Assembly (NCBI GenBank): GCA_020348925.1
Contig: CP070758.1
Span: 4,045,688 to 4,109,687, forward strand
DNA length: 64,000 nt
Reading direction: 5' to 3'
Origin: Gemmatimonadota bacterium
GTDB taxonomy: Bacteria > JBHIER01 > G020348925
The notes under the pieces: model-generated
What the model saw: the letters and a program-made list of their open reading frames with translations, nothing else
Told to the model about the DNA's origin: nothing
Database searches by the model: none
Made by a program: the position numbers and the translations under genes
Part shown: positions 9,679 through 19,566 of the stretch, piece after piece
Position numbering within the stretch: position 1 is the first letter of the stretch
Layout of the letters: each line of letters starts with the position of its first letter

Positions 9679-10515
9679 ATGCACTTCTTTTCAAGGCAAT
9701 TCAACAATCGAGTTCTTATTCTCCCAATCTTTCTGATGATTGTGATCTGGTGTCCCGTCCATTGCCAGGAGGAGACGCGGGAAAGCATAGACAAGATCAT
9801 AGAAGCATATACACAATTTCAGTTCACTGACGTGATAACGTTAGCCCATCAAGCCCTCACAACCGATCCGCCACCATCGGAAGAAATCCGTGTTCAGATA
9901 TATACGTACCTTGGTTTTGCCTATACCGCTCTGGGAGAAAACGACAAGGCCAAAGAGAATTTCGAGGAAGCCCTCACTTTGGACCCTTCCCTCACCCTTG
10001 ATCCAATCTATGTTTCCCCAAAGATCATTGCCATTTTCAGCGAGGCGAAGGCGGCTGTTGAAACGAGCCAAGAAAAAATCGAAAGAGAGCCCGTGCAGCC
10101 TTTTCCAATCAGCATCACAAAAGATAAGCGATCCGGAGGGGCCTGGAGATCGCTCCTTGTCCCAGGATGGGGACAACTGTATAAAGGACAAAAACAGAAG
10201 GCCTTGGCAATTTTTACTGTGCACACGATCAACCTCGGCGCAACGCTCTATTTGCACTTGAAAATGGAAGACGCGCACGACGAATATCGGCGTGCGAGAG
10301 ATCCCGTCACTATCGAAGCGACGTACGATCGATACAACTCGTATCACAAAAAAAGAAATTACCTCCTAATTTTCACTGCGCTTGTTTGGATATCCTCTCA
10401 CATCGACGCCGCCGTCAGTCAACCGAAATCAGATGTGAGTGACGGAAAGAGTACTTCGTTCATTCCCGAAATAACCCCCACTTCATTCAATCTCACATGT
10501 TCCATTCGTTTTTAA
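9679..10515 (+). CDS. Exported TPR protein with DUF5683-like C-terminal region
   Basis: Signal peptide; TPR YLGFAY..LGE..KA...FEEAL.LDP; AWRSLLVPGWGQLYKG motif; C-terminal Phe. Confidence 0.75.
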   Translation: MHFFSRQFNNRVLILPIFLMIVIWCPVHCQEETRESIDKIIEAYTQFQFTDVITLAHQALTTDPPPSEEIRVQIYTYLGFAYTALGENDKAKENFEEALTLDPSLTLDPIYVSPKIIAIFSEAKAAVETSQEKIEREPVQPFPISITKDKRSGGAWRSLLVPGWGQLYKGQKQKALAIFTVHTINLGATLYLHLKMEDAHDEYRRARDPVTIEATYDRYNSYHKKRNYLLIFTALVWISSHIDAAVSQPKSDVSDGKSTSFIPEITPTSFNLTCSIRF

Positions 10516-10688
10516 AGAGTGACAGGATCTCCAGTTCACGCATTTTTTGCAGTTTTCCCGTGAAAATGTTGCACAGTATCGTTTTTACCAGCATCTCTGT
10601 CTCATTTCTGACTGTGTGTATATCAATACAAATACTTGTTAATTATTTAATTATATTTTTTTTCATTATTTTTGCCAGCACATTGGCG

Positions 10689-10705
10689 TAGGCACACAAA
10701 TTGCG
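10689..10705 (+). promoter_or_regulatory. Sigma54 (-24/-12) promoter
   Basis: TAGGCACACAAATTGCG has GG-N10-GC and is close to TGGCACG-N4-TTGC; about 45 nt before ATG 10750 and downstream of a bEBP operon. Confidence 0.75.
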
Positions 10706-10749
10706 TATCATTTTTTAGGGTTTAAGTATCTGAGATAAAGGAATTTACT

Positions 10750-13700
10750 ATGACAACACTGCCTTTCACACAATCACCTGCGACTGCGGCTCTCAGACGA
10801 TGTTTCGTACAATCATCTCTGATTCCGTTTCTCATGTGTCTCATCGTACTCTTCGGCGTAAGGAGAGCAACCGCGTCAACTGGTGAGTGGACTCTCCAAC
10901 GGTCCGTACCATACGATATCGATGTGATTCGTGATGTCTCTTTCACCCACGACGGGCGCACCGGCTGGATTGTCGGATACAGTCAATATGGCCGTGACCA
11001 TTTCGGTTCGACTATTTTAAAAACGACTGATGGAGGCACGACATGGTCGGAACGAGAGGTCGGTTTACCGAACATCAACGAAGCAATTCACTTCGTCGAT
11101 GAATCCCACGGTTGGATCGTTGGGAGCAGGGGGGGAATTGCAGTGAGTACTGACGGGGGTGCCCTTTGGACTGCTCAATCCAGCGGTACCGATGCACGCC
11201 TGAAAGATATTTATTGTATCAACGACACCCTTGGCTGGGCTGTTGGGGAGTACACGATTTTATATACTTCGAACGGTGGCCAATTATGGCAAGGAGCCGG
11301 AATCAGTTACGGACCACGATTCAATGCCGTGACGTTCCAAACAGAAAAAAACGGTTGGGTCGTAGGAAATGGTGGTATAATACTCCACACTGCGGATGGG
11401 GGAAGTACCTGGACGTCCGTCTCCAGCCCGACAGCTGAAGATCTTTCTGATATCGCTTTTGTCAACCAGACAAAAGGATGGGCGGTTGGAAAAAACGGGG
11501 TCATCCTTGTGACAGAAGATGGTGGTGCCACATGGGTGAACCAGCAAAGCGGCACAAATCGGTCGCTCCAAGCTCTTTCGTTTTCAGACGTCCAAACAGG
11601 CTGGGTCGCAGGATCCGGCGGTACGACCCTTCACACGACTGACGGTGGCAAGACATGGACCAAAATTTCCGTTCCTGCCAACGCAAACCTCTATGCCGTG
11701 CATTTCTCTGAAGAACACCGCGGCTGGGTTTTCGGGGCGGGTGGTGTTTTCCTTCATACTGAGGATAACGGGATAACCTGGAACCCTATCATGAACGGAC
11801 CCAATGCCAATTTAACGGGCGTCTCTTTCGTCGACTCGAAAAACGGTTGGGCCTGCGGCTGGAACGGTACCATTCTTCACACGGAAGATGGTGGCAGAAA
11901 TTGGAGAACCCAGCGCTGCGGTCTGGATGCACTTCTCATGGGGATTGATTTTGTTCATATCGGTAAAGGGTGGATCATCTCGTATGAAGGGGGAATGCTC
12001 AAAACTGAGAACGGAGGAGAACAATGGTCCTCAATCCAAGCACCGGCTGGCACATTTCGAAATCTCGATTATGTCGATGAAGACAATATCTGGGTCGTAG
12101 GTGAACATAACAATCTCGGAACCATCTTCCACGGACTATCTGATGGTGCGGAATGGTATATTGAAGCTCAAGTCCCTATAGGGGGACCGTTGTTCGATAT
12201 CCAATTTGCCGACAGAAACAGAGGATGGGCTGTGGGAACCGGTGGAGCCATATTACACACTTCGAACGCGGGTGAAACGTGGACGCAACAGATCTCCGGA
12301 ATTGACGAGGACCTGAACCAAATTCAAGCTGTCAACCACGCTGTTGCATGGGCCTCGGGAAACTTCGACAATCTCCTCGTCACTGAAAATGGTGGCGAGG
12401 ACTGGAACATCGTTCAACTCGATCCGGACTACACTTACGGGTCGATCACTTTCCAAAACCTTCAACAGGGATGGGTCGTGGGAAGATCAAAGACCGACGG
12501 TTCGGTCGTCATTTTTTCGACGAGGGATGGAGGAAATTCGTGGGAAAGCACCCCCATGGCAGTGAAAGAAGGATTTCAGGCCACCAATTTTGTAAGTCTA
12601 TACGAGGGATGGTCCGTGGGAGAGAAAGGAACGGTTTGGTATTACGCGGATAAAACTGGTTTTATATTTCACTCTCTGTCCGGATATGTGTCCTATTGTG
12701 AAAATTTGAAACCGATTCCGAATGTCACATTGAACCTTTCAGGTTACACGACAGATACTGGAAATACGGATGAGGACGGTACGTTTCGGTTCGACGGTCT
12801 ACGTCAAGGTCGAACTTTCTGTCTCGAAGCCCACATGGTCGGTGCCTCCAAACAGGTCATCACCTCTTATGACGCGTCCCTGGTACTGAGCAGCCTGGTT
12901 GGACAATATACTCTCAGTCCATGCGATTCAATAGCTGCGGATGTCACAGGAAACAATCAGGTCTCGGCCTTAGATGTATCCGCCATCTTGCGATATGTCG
13001 TCGGTTTGGAAACCGAGGAATTAACCGGAAATTGGAATTTTTTCCCTCAGCAATTCTGCTATACCGACCTCCCCTCCGACCAGTCGGATTTACTCTTCGA
13101 AGGGATCATCTATGGTGATGTCAGTCAAAACTGGCCAGGCATTCGCGATACGAATGTGCCGGACATTACTGTCAGCCTTCCTCATACCGGAGCAGCAGCA
13201 GGAACCGATTTTGTCATTCTCACTTTTGCATCCTCCATTTCGGACTCCATTGACATCTTCTCATATCAAGCGCAGATAGATTACGATCCTTCACTTCTGC
13301 AAATCGTTGCACTTTCCGACACCGGACTTGTCCCTGATGGCTGGGGTCAGATGGTGTATCGTATCGACAACAATAACGGACATCTTTTTACTGCCAAAGC
13401 AGCAAGTTTCCCTCTTCAATGGAACGGAAGTCCATCTGCGCCATTGATGAGAATCCATATGCGTGTCAATTCGCACGCCTCATCCGGAGCTACCAGTCCC
13501 TTAACATTGGCATCGATGATTTTTAATGAAGGCTATCCCTGGGCAGAAACCCAGGACGGGTTTTTTCAAGTATTGAAGCACACAATTTCGGGGACAGTCA
13601 CTTACTGTTCGACAGCGATTGAAATCCCCAGCGTTGAACTCTCCTTATCCGGGGACGATACCTTGAACGCAACAACAGGTGAAAGTGGCTGGTATGGATT

Positions 13701-15762
13701 TCACGGTCTGAACCAAGGTGGAAACTACACCGTTTCGTCCCTCGTAAAGAACGATGTGTCGAAGGATATCATCTCCTCTTTCGATGCATCCCTTATTCTT
13801 CGCCACCTGACTGGTACATACAAACTTGGAGCATGCGGAACCAGCGCAGCCGATGTCAATGGAAATTCAATGATCGACCCCGGGGATGCCCTTCTCATCT
13901 CCCGATACACAGTCGGAGAACCAAATCAAGGCCATACGGGATCATGGGCCTTCTCTCCCGCAGGGACAAATTACGAAGCGTTACCATCCGATCTGAGAGA
14001 TCAGAACTATTCGGCTTTCGTCTTTGGCGACGTCAGTTTGAACTATCCGGAGAACAATGAACCTCCAGAAACTCCCTGGGTTCACATCTGTCTGCCCCAA
14101 GATAGCATCGATCCTGGTGCCACCATAGGATTCCCTATTCTGATCGATTCTTTCTCTGAGGAAAACCTCGAACTCATGGATATATACTCGTGTGATATCA
14201 AACTAAGTTACGATCCCTCTGTTCTCACAGCCTTTCTCGTTTCCACCGACGGATTGGACAAGGATCATTGGGAAATTGTCTCCTCAAAGATTGATGACGA
14301 AACCGGTCTCGTAAAAATCAGCATGGCGAGCGCTTCACCTCTGAGCTGCAGTAAAACCACAAAAATCCCACTCGTTCGAATCGAATTCTACGTCAACGAG
14401 GAAACTCCCCCCGGAACGAACAGTCCTATTCGCATCTCAAGCGTTCTGTTCAACGAAGGAATCCTCAACACACGAAAAAATGACGGACTCCTGCATATCC
14501 AGGGAAAATCAATCTCCGGAGTTGTCCGTTATTATGATACGCAACAGGCCGTGAACGGTGTCGTGCTGCAAATTTACAGTTTCACGACCGAAAGAACAAC
14601 GACGAACATCCAAGGCGAATATCTATTCCCAGATCTTCCCACAGGAGGACGATACTGCATCTTCCCCATACGCGGAGAACAGTTACCTCCGAGCCAACAA
14701 ATCATCAGCTCGTACGATGCTGCCCTCATTTCGCGCCATGTCATTCACCTTTTGCCTTTCAGCTCCGGTGATTCCATTGCTGCCGACGTGAGCGGAGATG
14801 GAACCATCAGCGCCTATGATGCCTCTCTCATTCTTCAATACGTCGTGTGTAACAACTGCAATGGATCCTCAGCTTTTTCTCGACGCATAGGGACATGGCA
14901 CTTCGAACCACCGCATCGGTGCTTCGAAAATCTTAGGCATAATGAAACTTCCGATTACAATGCAGTCGTGTATGGCGACGTGAGCCAGAACTGGCCTGGT
15001 TTTGCCCTGGCAAAACCTGCAGCCGATGATGGAATTCAGATCGATCAGGCCAAAGTGATCCCTCAATTCAACAAAACCTTCACGCTTCCTTTACGAGTCA
15101 ATAATCCGAAAGGGATTCTTTCGGCCGATATCACGCTCTCCTATAACTCAGAAGAGCTGAGTGCCAGACGCGCATCAACCACAGCGTTGACGAGTGACTG
15201 GGAAATTGCATATCACATTTACAAGAATGGCTCAATAAAAATCGCCATGGCAGGGTATCAAGAGCTTCAAAATTCCGGTCCGATTGTTGAGATCGAGTTT
15301 GAAGCCCGCTCAAACTTCGATTCGCCGTGCCCGTTGGAAATCTCAATCCTTTTCAATGAGGGGCGGATCCCTTCACCTCAGAATATTCGAGGATTTATCA
15401 AGCCCATAGTACACGCACCCTTAGTGTACGAACTCCGTCAGAACCATCCCAATCCTTTCAACTCCTCAACCGAGATTCAATATACCGTTCCAGGGATCCG
15501 GAACACCGTCGCCGATGAGATCCCTTTTATTACCTTGACAATATATAACCTCCTGGGACAAGAAGTGATGACGTTAGTCAAGGAACACCAGGAGCCAGGT
15601 CCACAGAGTGTCACTTGGGATGGTACAGATAACAACGGCTTTCCGGCAGCCAGCGGCATCTATTTTTATAAATTAAGGATAGACGGCCGTGACACCCCCG
15701 ATGGAAATGTCCCGGTTGGGGAAGCCTGGATAGAAACGAAACGAATGGTGCTCCTGAAGTAG
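10750..15762 (+). CDS. Large secreted protein: YCF48/BNR propellers + 3x(Ig, dockerin-like, cohesin-like) + T9SS-type CTD
   Basis: About 14 GW.VG..G.IL.T.DGG.TW repeats; three I.S[YF]DA.L....G......AADV.G......D dockerin-like units; three cohesin-like units (Y[DN]..L...FNEG); CTD QNHPNPFN...IYNLLGQ...WDG...SGIYFY. Confidence 0.85.
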   Translation: MTTLPFTQSPATAALRRCFVQSSLIPFLMCLIVLFGVRRATASTGEWTLQRSVPYDIDVIRDVSFTHDGRTGWIVGYSQYGRDHFGSTILKTTDGGTTWSEREVGLPNINEAIHFVDESHGWIVGSRGGIAVSTDGGALWTAQSSGTDARLKDIYCINDTLGWAVGEYTILYTSNGGQLWQGAGISYGPRFNAVTFQTEKNGWVVGNGGIILHTADGGSTWTSVSSPTAEDLSDIAFVNQTKGWAVGKNGVILVTEDGGATWVNQQSGTNRSLQALSFSDVQTGWVAGSGGTTLHTTDGGKTWTKISVPANANLYAVHFSEEHRGWVFGAGGVFLHTEDNGITWNPIMNGPNANLTGVSFVDSKNGWACGWNGTILHTEDGGRNWRTQRCGLDALLMGIDFVHIGKGWIISYEGGMLKTENGGEQWSSIQAPAGTFRNLDYVDEDNIWVVGEHNNLGTIFHGLSDGAEWYIEAQVPIGGPLFDIQFADRNRGWAVGTGGAILHTSNAGETWTQQISGIDEDLNQIQAVNHAVAWASGNFDNLLVTENGGEDWNIVQLDPDYTYGSITFQNLQQGWVVGRSKTDGSVVIFSTRDGGNSWESTPMAVKEGFQATNFVSLYEGWSVGEKGTVWYYADKTGFIFHSLSGYVSYCENLKPIPNVTLNLSGYTTDTGNTDEDGTFRFDGLRQGRTFCLEAHMVGASKQVITSYDASLVLSSLVGQYTLSPCDSIAADVTGNNQVSALDVSAILRYVVGLETEELTGNWNFFPQQFCYTDLPSDQSDLLFEGIIYGDVSQNWPGIRDTNVPDITVSLPHTGAAAGTDFVILTFASSISDSIDIFSYQAQIDYDPSLLQIVALSDTGLVPDGWGQMVYRIDNNNGHLFTAKAASFPLQWNGSPSAPLMRIHMRVNSHASSGATSPLTLASMIFNEGYPWAETQDGFFQVLKHTISGTVTYCSTAIEIPSVELSLSGDDTLNATTGESGWYGFHGLNQGGNYTVSSLVKNDVSKDIISSFDASLILRHLTGTYKLGACGTSAADVNGNSMIDPGDALLISRYTVGEPNQGHTGSWAFSPAGTNYEALPSDLRDQNYSAFVFGDVSLNYPENNEPPETPWVHICLPQDSIDPGATIGFPILIDSFSEENLELMDIYSCDIKLSYDPSVLTAFLVSTDGLDKDHWEIVSSKIDDETGLVKISMASASPLSCSKTTKIPLVRIEFYVNEETPPGTNSPIRISSVLFNEGILNTRKNDGLLHIQGKSISGVVRYYDTQQAVNGVVLQIYSFTTERTTTNIQGEYLFPDLPTGGRYCIFPIRGEQLPPSQQIISSYDAALISRHVIHLLPFSSGDSIAADVSGDGTISAYDASLILQYVVCNNCNGSSAFSRRIGTWHFEPPHRCFENLRHNETSDYNAVVYGDVSQNWPGFALAKPAADDGIQIDQAKVIPQFNKTFTLPLRVNNPKGILSADITLSYNSEELSARRASTTALTSDWEIAYHIYKNGSIKIAMAGYQELQNSGPIVEIEFEARSNFDSPCPLEISILFNEGRIPSPQNIRGFIKPIVHAPLVYELRQNHPNPFNSSTEIQYTVPGIRNTVADEIPFITLTIYNLLGQEVMTLVKEHQEPGPQSVTWDGTDNNGFPAASGIYFYKLRIDGRDTPDGNVPVGEAWIETKRMVLLK

Positions 15763-15953
15763 GAACAAGAATTCATGGTTTCGGAGAAAGTGGATATCGC
15801 TGAGCGGGTCCTAAGAAGAGATGACAGTCTTGTCACATGAAAGAATGCTACCCTCCTTCATGTCCCTCTTTCATAAAATGCCTGCCAGCGATATCCTAAT
15901 GAAATCAATCGAAAAATTTTGAACACACGACAGATAGGAAGTGAGGAGGTCAC

Positions 15954-17111
15954 ATGACCACAGGATCTTTTTCATTTTTTCGACTTTTTCTTATTGTTGT
16001 AATTGCATTCTCATCAACACAAGCCTCTGCCAAATCCAACAAAGCGACGACTTCTGACACGATAAATGTAAGCATTCCTGACATTGCGGCATTACCTGGA
16101 GAGACTATTCGTGTTCCCATTGTTACGTCCTTCGTCGAAATAGAGGACTCCATAACCTCCTTGGAAGGTTCCATTACGTGCGATACAACCATTTTTACGC
16201 TCCTTGATCTCGAAAGAGAACAGACATTGACGGAAACGTGGACACTATTGGATCCCATGTTCAACGTCATTGGAAACTCAGCCCTCATCGCCTTCCCAGG
16301 CCTCTACCCCATCCAAGGAAGCGGTGCTTTGCTCCTTCTTGTCTTCCAGGTATCGGATGATGCCGATATTGGCCAGACAACGCTTCTCGAGTTCAACCGC
16401 TTCACCCTGAACGAGGGCCGCCCCGTCTCCATAACGCAGAATGCGCTGTTCACGGTTGGTGAAAGTCCGCTCATCGAGCTGTCGAACAGGGAGCACAACT
16501 TCGGTACAGTGGATATAGGGGATGCCAACGAATGGCCATTTTTAATCACAAATCATGGTTCGGCAGACTTACATATTCTTGACATTCACTCCGACTTCAC
16601 GCAATTCACCCTAAATCAAAATGTTCTTCCCATAATCCTTCAAACCGGAGAAAGCCAGGAATTTCGGACAGCGTTTCAACCGACGACAGAAGACACCCTT
16701 GAGAATCGTTTCCGAGTAACCTCTAATGATCCCCAGGAACCCATTGCAATCATAAGCCTCACAGGAGCCGGACGTGACACCGGAACGCCGGTACAGGAAC
16801 ATCTGGAGTTGAATCAACTTCCTGAAAGGTATGAGTTATTCCAAAATTACCCGAATCCCTTTAATCCATCCACTGTGATTCGATATCATATCCCCAATGT
16901 CGATTATCCTGTTCACACCTCTCTGAAGGTTTTCAATTGTTTGGGACAAAAGCTGAGAACACTTGTCGATGGAATTCAAGAACCCGGATACTACGCCGTC
17001 ACCTGGGATGCTCACGATGGACACAGCAACGCAATTCCGAGCGGCGTCTATTTCTACACACTCGAGGTCGGCGATTTTCTCGCCACGAAAAGGATGGTCT
17101 ATGTCAGATAA
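15954..17111 (+). CDS. Secreted cohesin + ASH/choice-of-anchor-D + CTD protein
   Basis: Signal peptide; cohesin-like VSIPD...PGE.I.VPI...GSG.LL.L.FQV...LNEG; HNFGTV..G...N.G.ADL...SNDP; CTD QNYPNPFNPST. Confidence 0.75.
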   Translation: MTTGSFSFFRLFLIVVIAFSSTQASAKSNKATTSDTINVSIPDIAALPGETIRVPIVTSFVEIEDSITSLEGSITCDTTIFTLLDLEREQTLTETWTLLDPMFNVIGNSALIAFPGLYPIQGSGALLLLVFQVSDDADIGQTTLLEFNRFTLNEGRPVSITQNALFTVGESPLIELSNREHNFGTVDIGDANEWPFLITNHGSADLHILDIHSDFTQFTLNQNVLPIILQTGESQEFRTAFQPTTEDTLENRFRVTSNDPQEPIAIISLTGAGRDTGTPVQEHLELNQLPERYELFQNYPNPFNPSTVIRYHIPNVDYPVHTSLKVFNCLGQKLRTLVDGIQEPGYYAVTWDAHDGHSNAIPSGVYFYTLEVGDFLATKRMVYVR

Positions 17112-17337
17112 GTAAAGGAGAAGATTTTTTCAGTTTTTTTCAGACCTTTCGTCTCAATGCTCTCACGAAGTCACTGAGAGTCGGTTTGTATTCGAGTCCG
17201 TTTGGTGGTGAGGGAAACATGACAGGCAAGGGGCTCACACCATCGAATCTGCACCAGACTGCCAGTAACTTCCCTCGGTACGCTTCCCGGGCGCGTTTTG
17301 CATAGCAGACACTTTTGCCCACAAGGGGGTGCGGGGC

Positions 17338-19554
17338 ATGAGGACCGTTTTCATTGTTTCGTCGATTATCTTTGTACTGCTGTTTTGCAACACGAGCCAC
17401 GCTTCAGAGGATCACATCGCCATCCTAAGACCGGGGGCCTTTCAGAATGATGTGTTTCCTCTTCCCCACTCTGAAAAAATCCAAGAATCAAAATCCAAAA
17501 TCCAAAAAGAAGTGAGCTTCTCAAACGGAACCCTCGACACGTTGACCTGGAAAAACGATGCGGGAATTAATCCTGTAATTTTTGGTTTTCTCAATCCCGG
17601 AGATTCAATGTTAGTCTGGCTCAAACCGGAAATGGCCTGCAGCCTCATCGCCATTCGTTTCAAGCCAATCAATTTTGAAGGGACAGTCATTCTTGACATA
17701 TGGGATGCATCCCATTACGATCCTTTAATATATTCGTATGATAGCACCGATGCCCGTGGCTGGTTCGGCACATACGAACCCATTTCCGACCCATCCGGAT
17801 GGATACCCGGGAACATCATAGGCCATTCCCCTCTGGGATGGAGTGCCTCAGATCCCGAGCACCATCACTGGGGCCCATGCTCCTCCAATGTGACCGAAGA
17901 GGATGCCGATACGTGGGTCGAAATTCCTGCACGCTCCGGTCTCCAGGGAGTCGTCGATCTGGGTTCTAAACCCTTCTTTATCGGGGCCGCTTTTTACATA
18001 AGCCAGGGATATGGATTTTACGCCCAATACGATTGGACTACTCCTTACAACCTCTTTAAGTTCTATTCTGCCTGCTGCGGTCCCGACAACGAACACAGCG
18101 GCTGGTTTCTCCGGTCGTACTTCATCTGGTTCGAAGCTATTGTCAAATATTATAAGAACACACCTCCTACTTTCAGTAATCTGAAGATTCAAAACGACAC
18201 GTATGCCCCAGGCCCTTTTCCCATAAGCGTGACTATTCAAGACAAAGATTCAGAGAACGAGACAAGAGCCGGTGTAGCCTTCGCTCAACTCGTTTACAAA
18301 ATTCACGCAGTCACCCGCAGAGTATTCATGGAAGAATCCCCAGAAGTCGGACTTTTCACCGGACGTCTTCCGGAACTGAGTCCTGGCGATACTGTAACCT
18401 ATTGGATCGAGGCAACCGATTTTGCCGGTGCTTCCTCTCAATCCAACAGGATCACCTTTGCCAGACTCGAACCCCGGTATCCTGAAGCCGATATTCTCGT
18501 CATCTGGGACTATGCGGACGATCCGGATTTGGATACCTTCTTTGTCGATCTTTTTTCCAATTTAGATGTTCGATACGATCATGAGCTTTGGAATATTCCA
18601 AAACATCGTGGAATTGATGTCAGTGTGATCGACTGGGGTTGGAACACGATCTATATCTCAGGAATGGGGTGCAGACATACGCTGCCCGGGCGAGAGTATG
18701 CCGAAAATCCTTTCATCGACTGGCTCGAAGCAGGAACAGCTGATCGACCTCACAACCTTCTCTATGTCGATCAGGACTATTACTGTTCTCACAGAAAAGA
18801 GTACGATTGCGATTGGGATGAAGAACACACCGAGGGAGAGACCATGTACAACTACTTCGGTGTCGCCCATGCCATCAGCGACAATCATGGAACGGACGAT
18901 GCCGGGTACGACAGTGTGGCCATCGGCCGAGGCGACTTCGCAGGCATTCGTGTCAACTTCCTGCCCGATGCCTGGGACCCAACCCATCCTGAATACAATC
19001 TCTGGCCCGATTGGCTGGTTGAATTGACGGAAGATGCGGAACAAATATTCGAATTCAAGGATTCCGGATTTGGAGCCGGAGTCCGCTTGGACAGAGGATA
19101 CTACAAAACCGCCTACCTCCCCTGGCAGGACTTCTTCGCCGTCGATTCCCTTGAGAACGGAGATTTGATACCGAGGCCGGGACTGATAGCAACAATTGAA
19201 AAAATCCTTGAATGGTTCGGAACAAAGACTGTTGTGCAACACACTGAATCCGAATTATCACTTCCAAATCAATGCCATCTCTTTCAAAACTATCCGAATC
19301 CGTTTAATATTACTACAGATATAAGATATCAGTTAGTAGAAAGTAGATGCCCCTCCCCCATCTCTCTTAAAATTTATAACATTTTAGGCCAAGAGGTGAG
19401 GACATTGTTCATTGCACATCAGGAGCCGGGAATGTACACAGCCCGGTGGGATGGGAAGGACGATCTGGGCAGAGACGTGGCAAGTGGCGTCTACTTCTAT
19501 CAATTCAGAGTACATGATTCTATCGACTCGAAACACATGGTGCTCTTGAAATAG
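17338..19554 (+). CDS. Paralogue 1 (long form): unrecognised W/G-rich domain + Ig + alpha/beta domain + CTD
   Basis: Signal peptide; DTLTW...GDS.LVW..P..ACSLIAIRF...GWF.RS...W.EA.V.YY shared with six neighbours; CTD. Confidence 0.85.
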   Translation: MRTVFIVSSIIFVLLFCNTSHASEDHIAILRPGAFQNDVFPLPHSEKIQESKSKIQKEVSFSNGTLDTLTWKNDAGINPVIFGFLNPGDSMLVWLKPEMACSLIAIRFKPINFEGTVILDIWDASHYDPLIYSYDSTDARGWFGTYEPISDPSGWIPGNIIGHSPLGWSASDPEHHHWGPCSSNVTEEDADTWVEIPARSGLQGVVDLGSKPFFIGAAFYISQGYGFYAQYDWTTPYNLFKFYSACCGPDNEHSGWFLRSYFIWFEAIVKYYKNTPPTFSNLKIQNDTYAPGPFPISVTIQDKDSENETRAGVAFAQLVYKIHAVTRRVFMEESPEVGLFTGRLPELSPGDTVTYWIEATDFAGASSQSNRITFARLEPRYPEADILVIWDYADDPDLDTFFVDLFSNLDVRYDHELWNIPKHRGIDVSVIDWGWNTIYISGMGCRHTLPGREYAENPFIDWLEAGTADRPHNLLYVDQDYYCSHRKEYDCDWDEEHTEGETMYNYFGVAHAISDNHGTDDAGYDSVAIGRGDFAGIRVNFLPDAWDPTHPEYNLWPDWLVELTEDAEQIFEFKDSGFGAGVRLDRGYYKTAYLPWQDFFAVDSLENGDLIPRPGLIATIEKILEWFGTKTVVQHTESELSLPNQCHLFQNYPNPFNITTDIRYQLVESRCPSPISLKIYNILGQEVRTLFIAHQEPGMYTARWDGKDDLGRDVASGVYFYQFRVHDSIDSKHMVLLK

Positions 19555-19566
19555 GATTCACGAGGG

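Noticed and set aside
17288-17302. Possible sigma54 promoter before paralogue 1
   Set aside because: GG-to-GC spacing is 9 nt, not the required 10.
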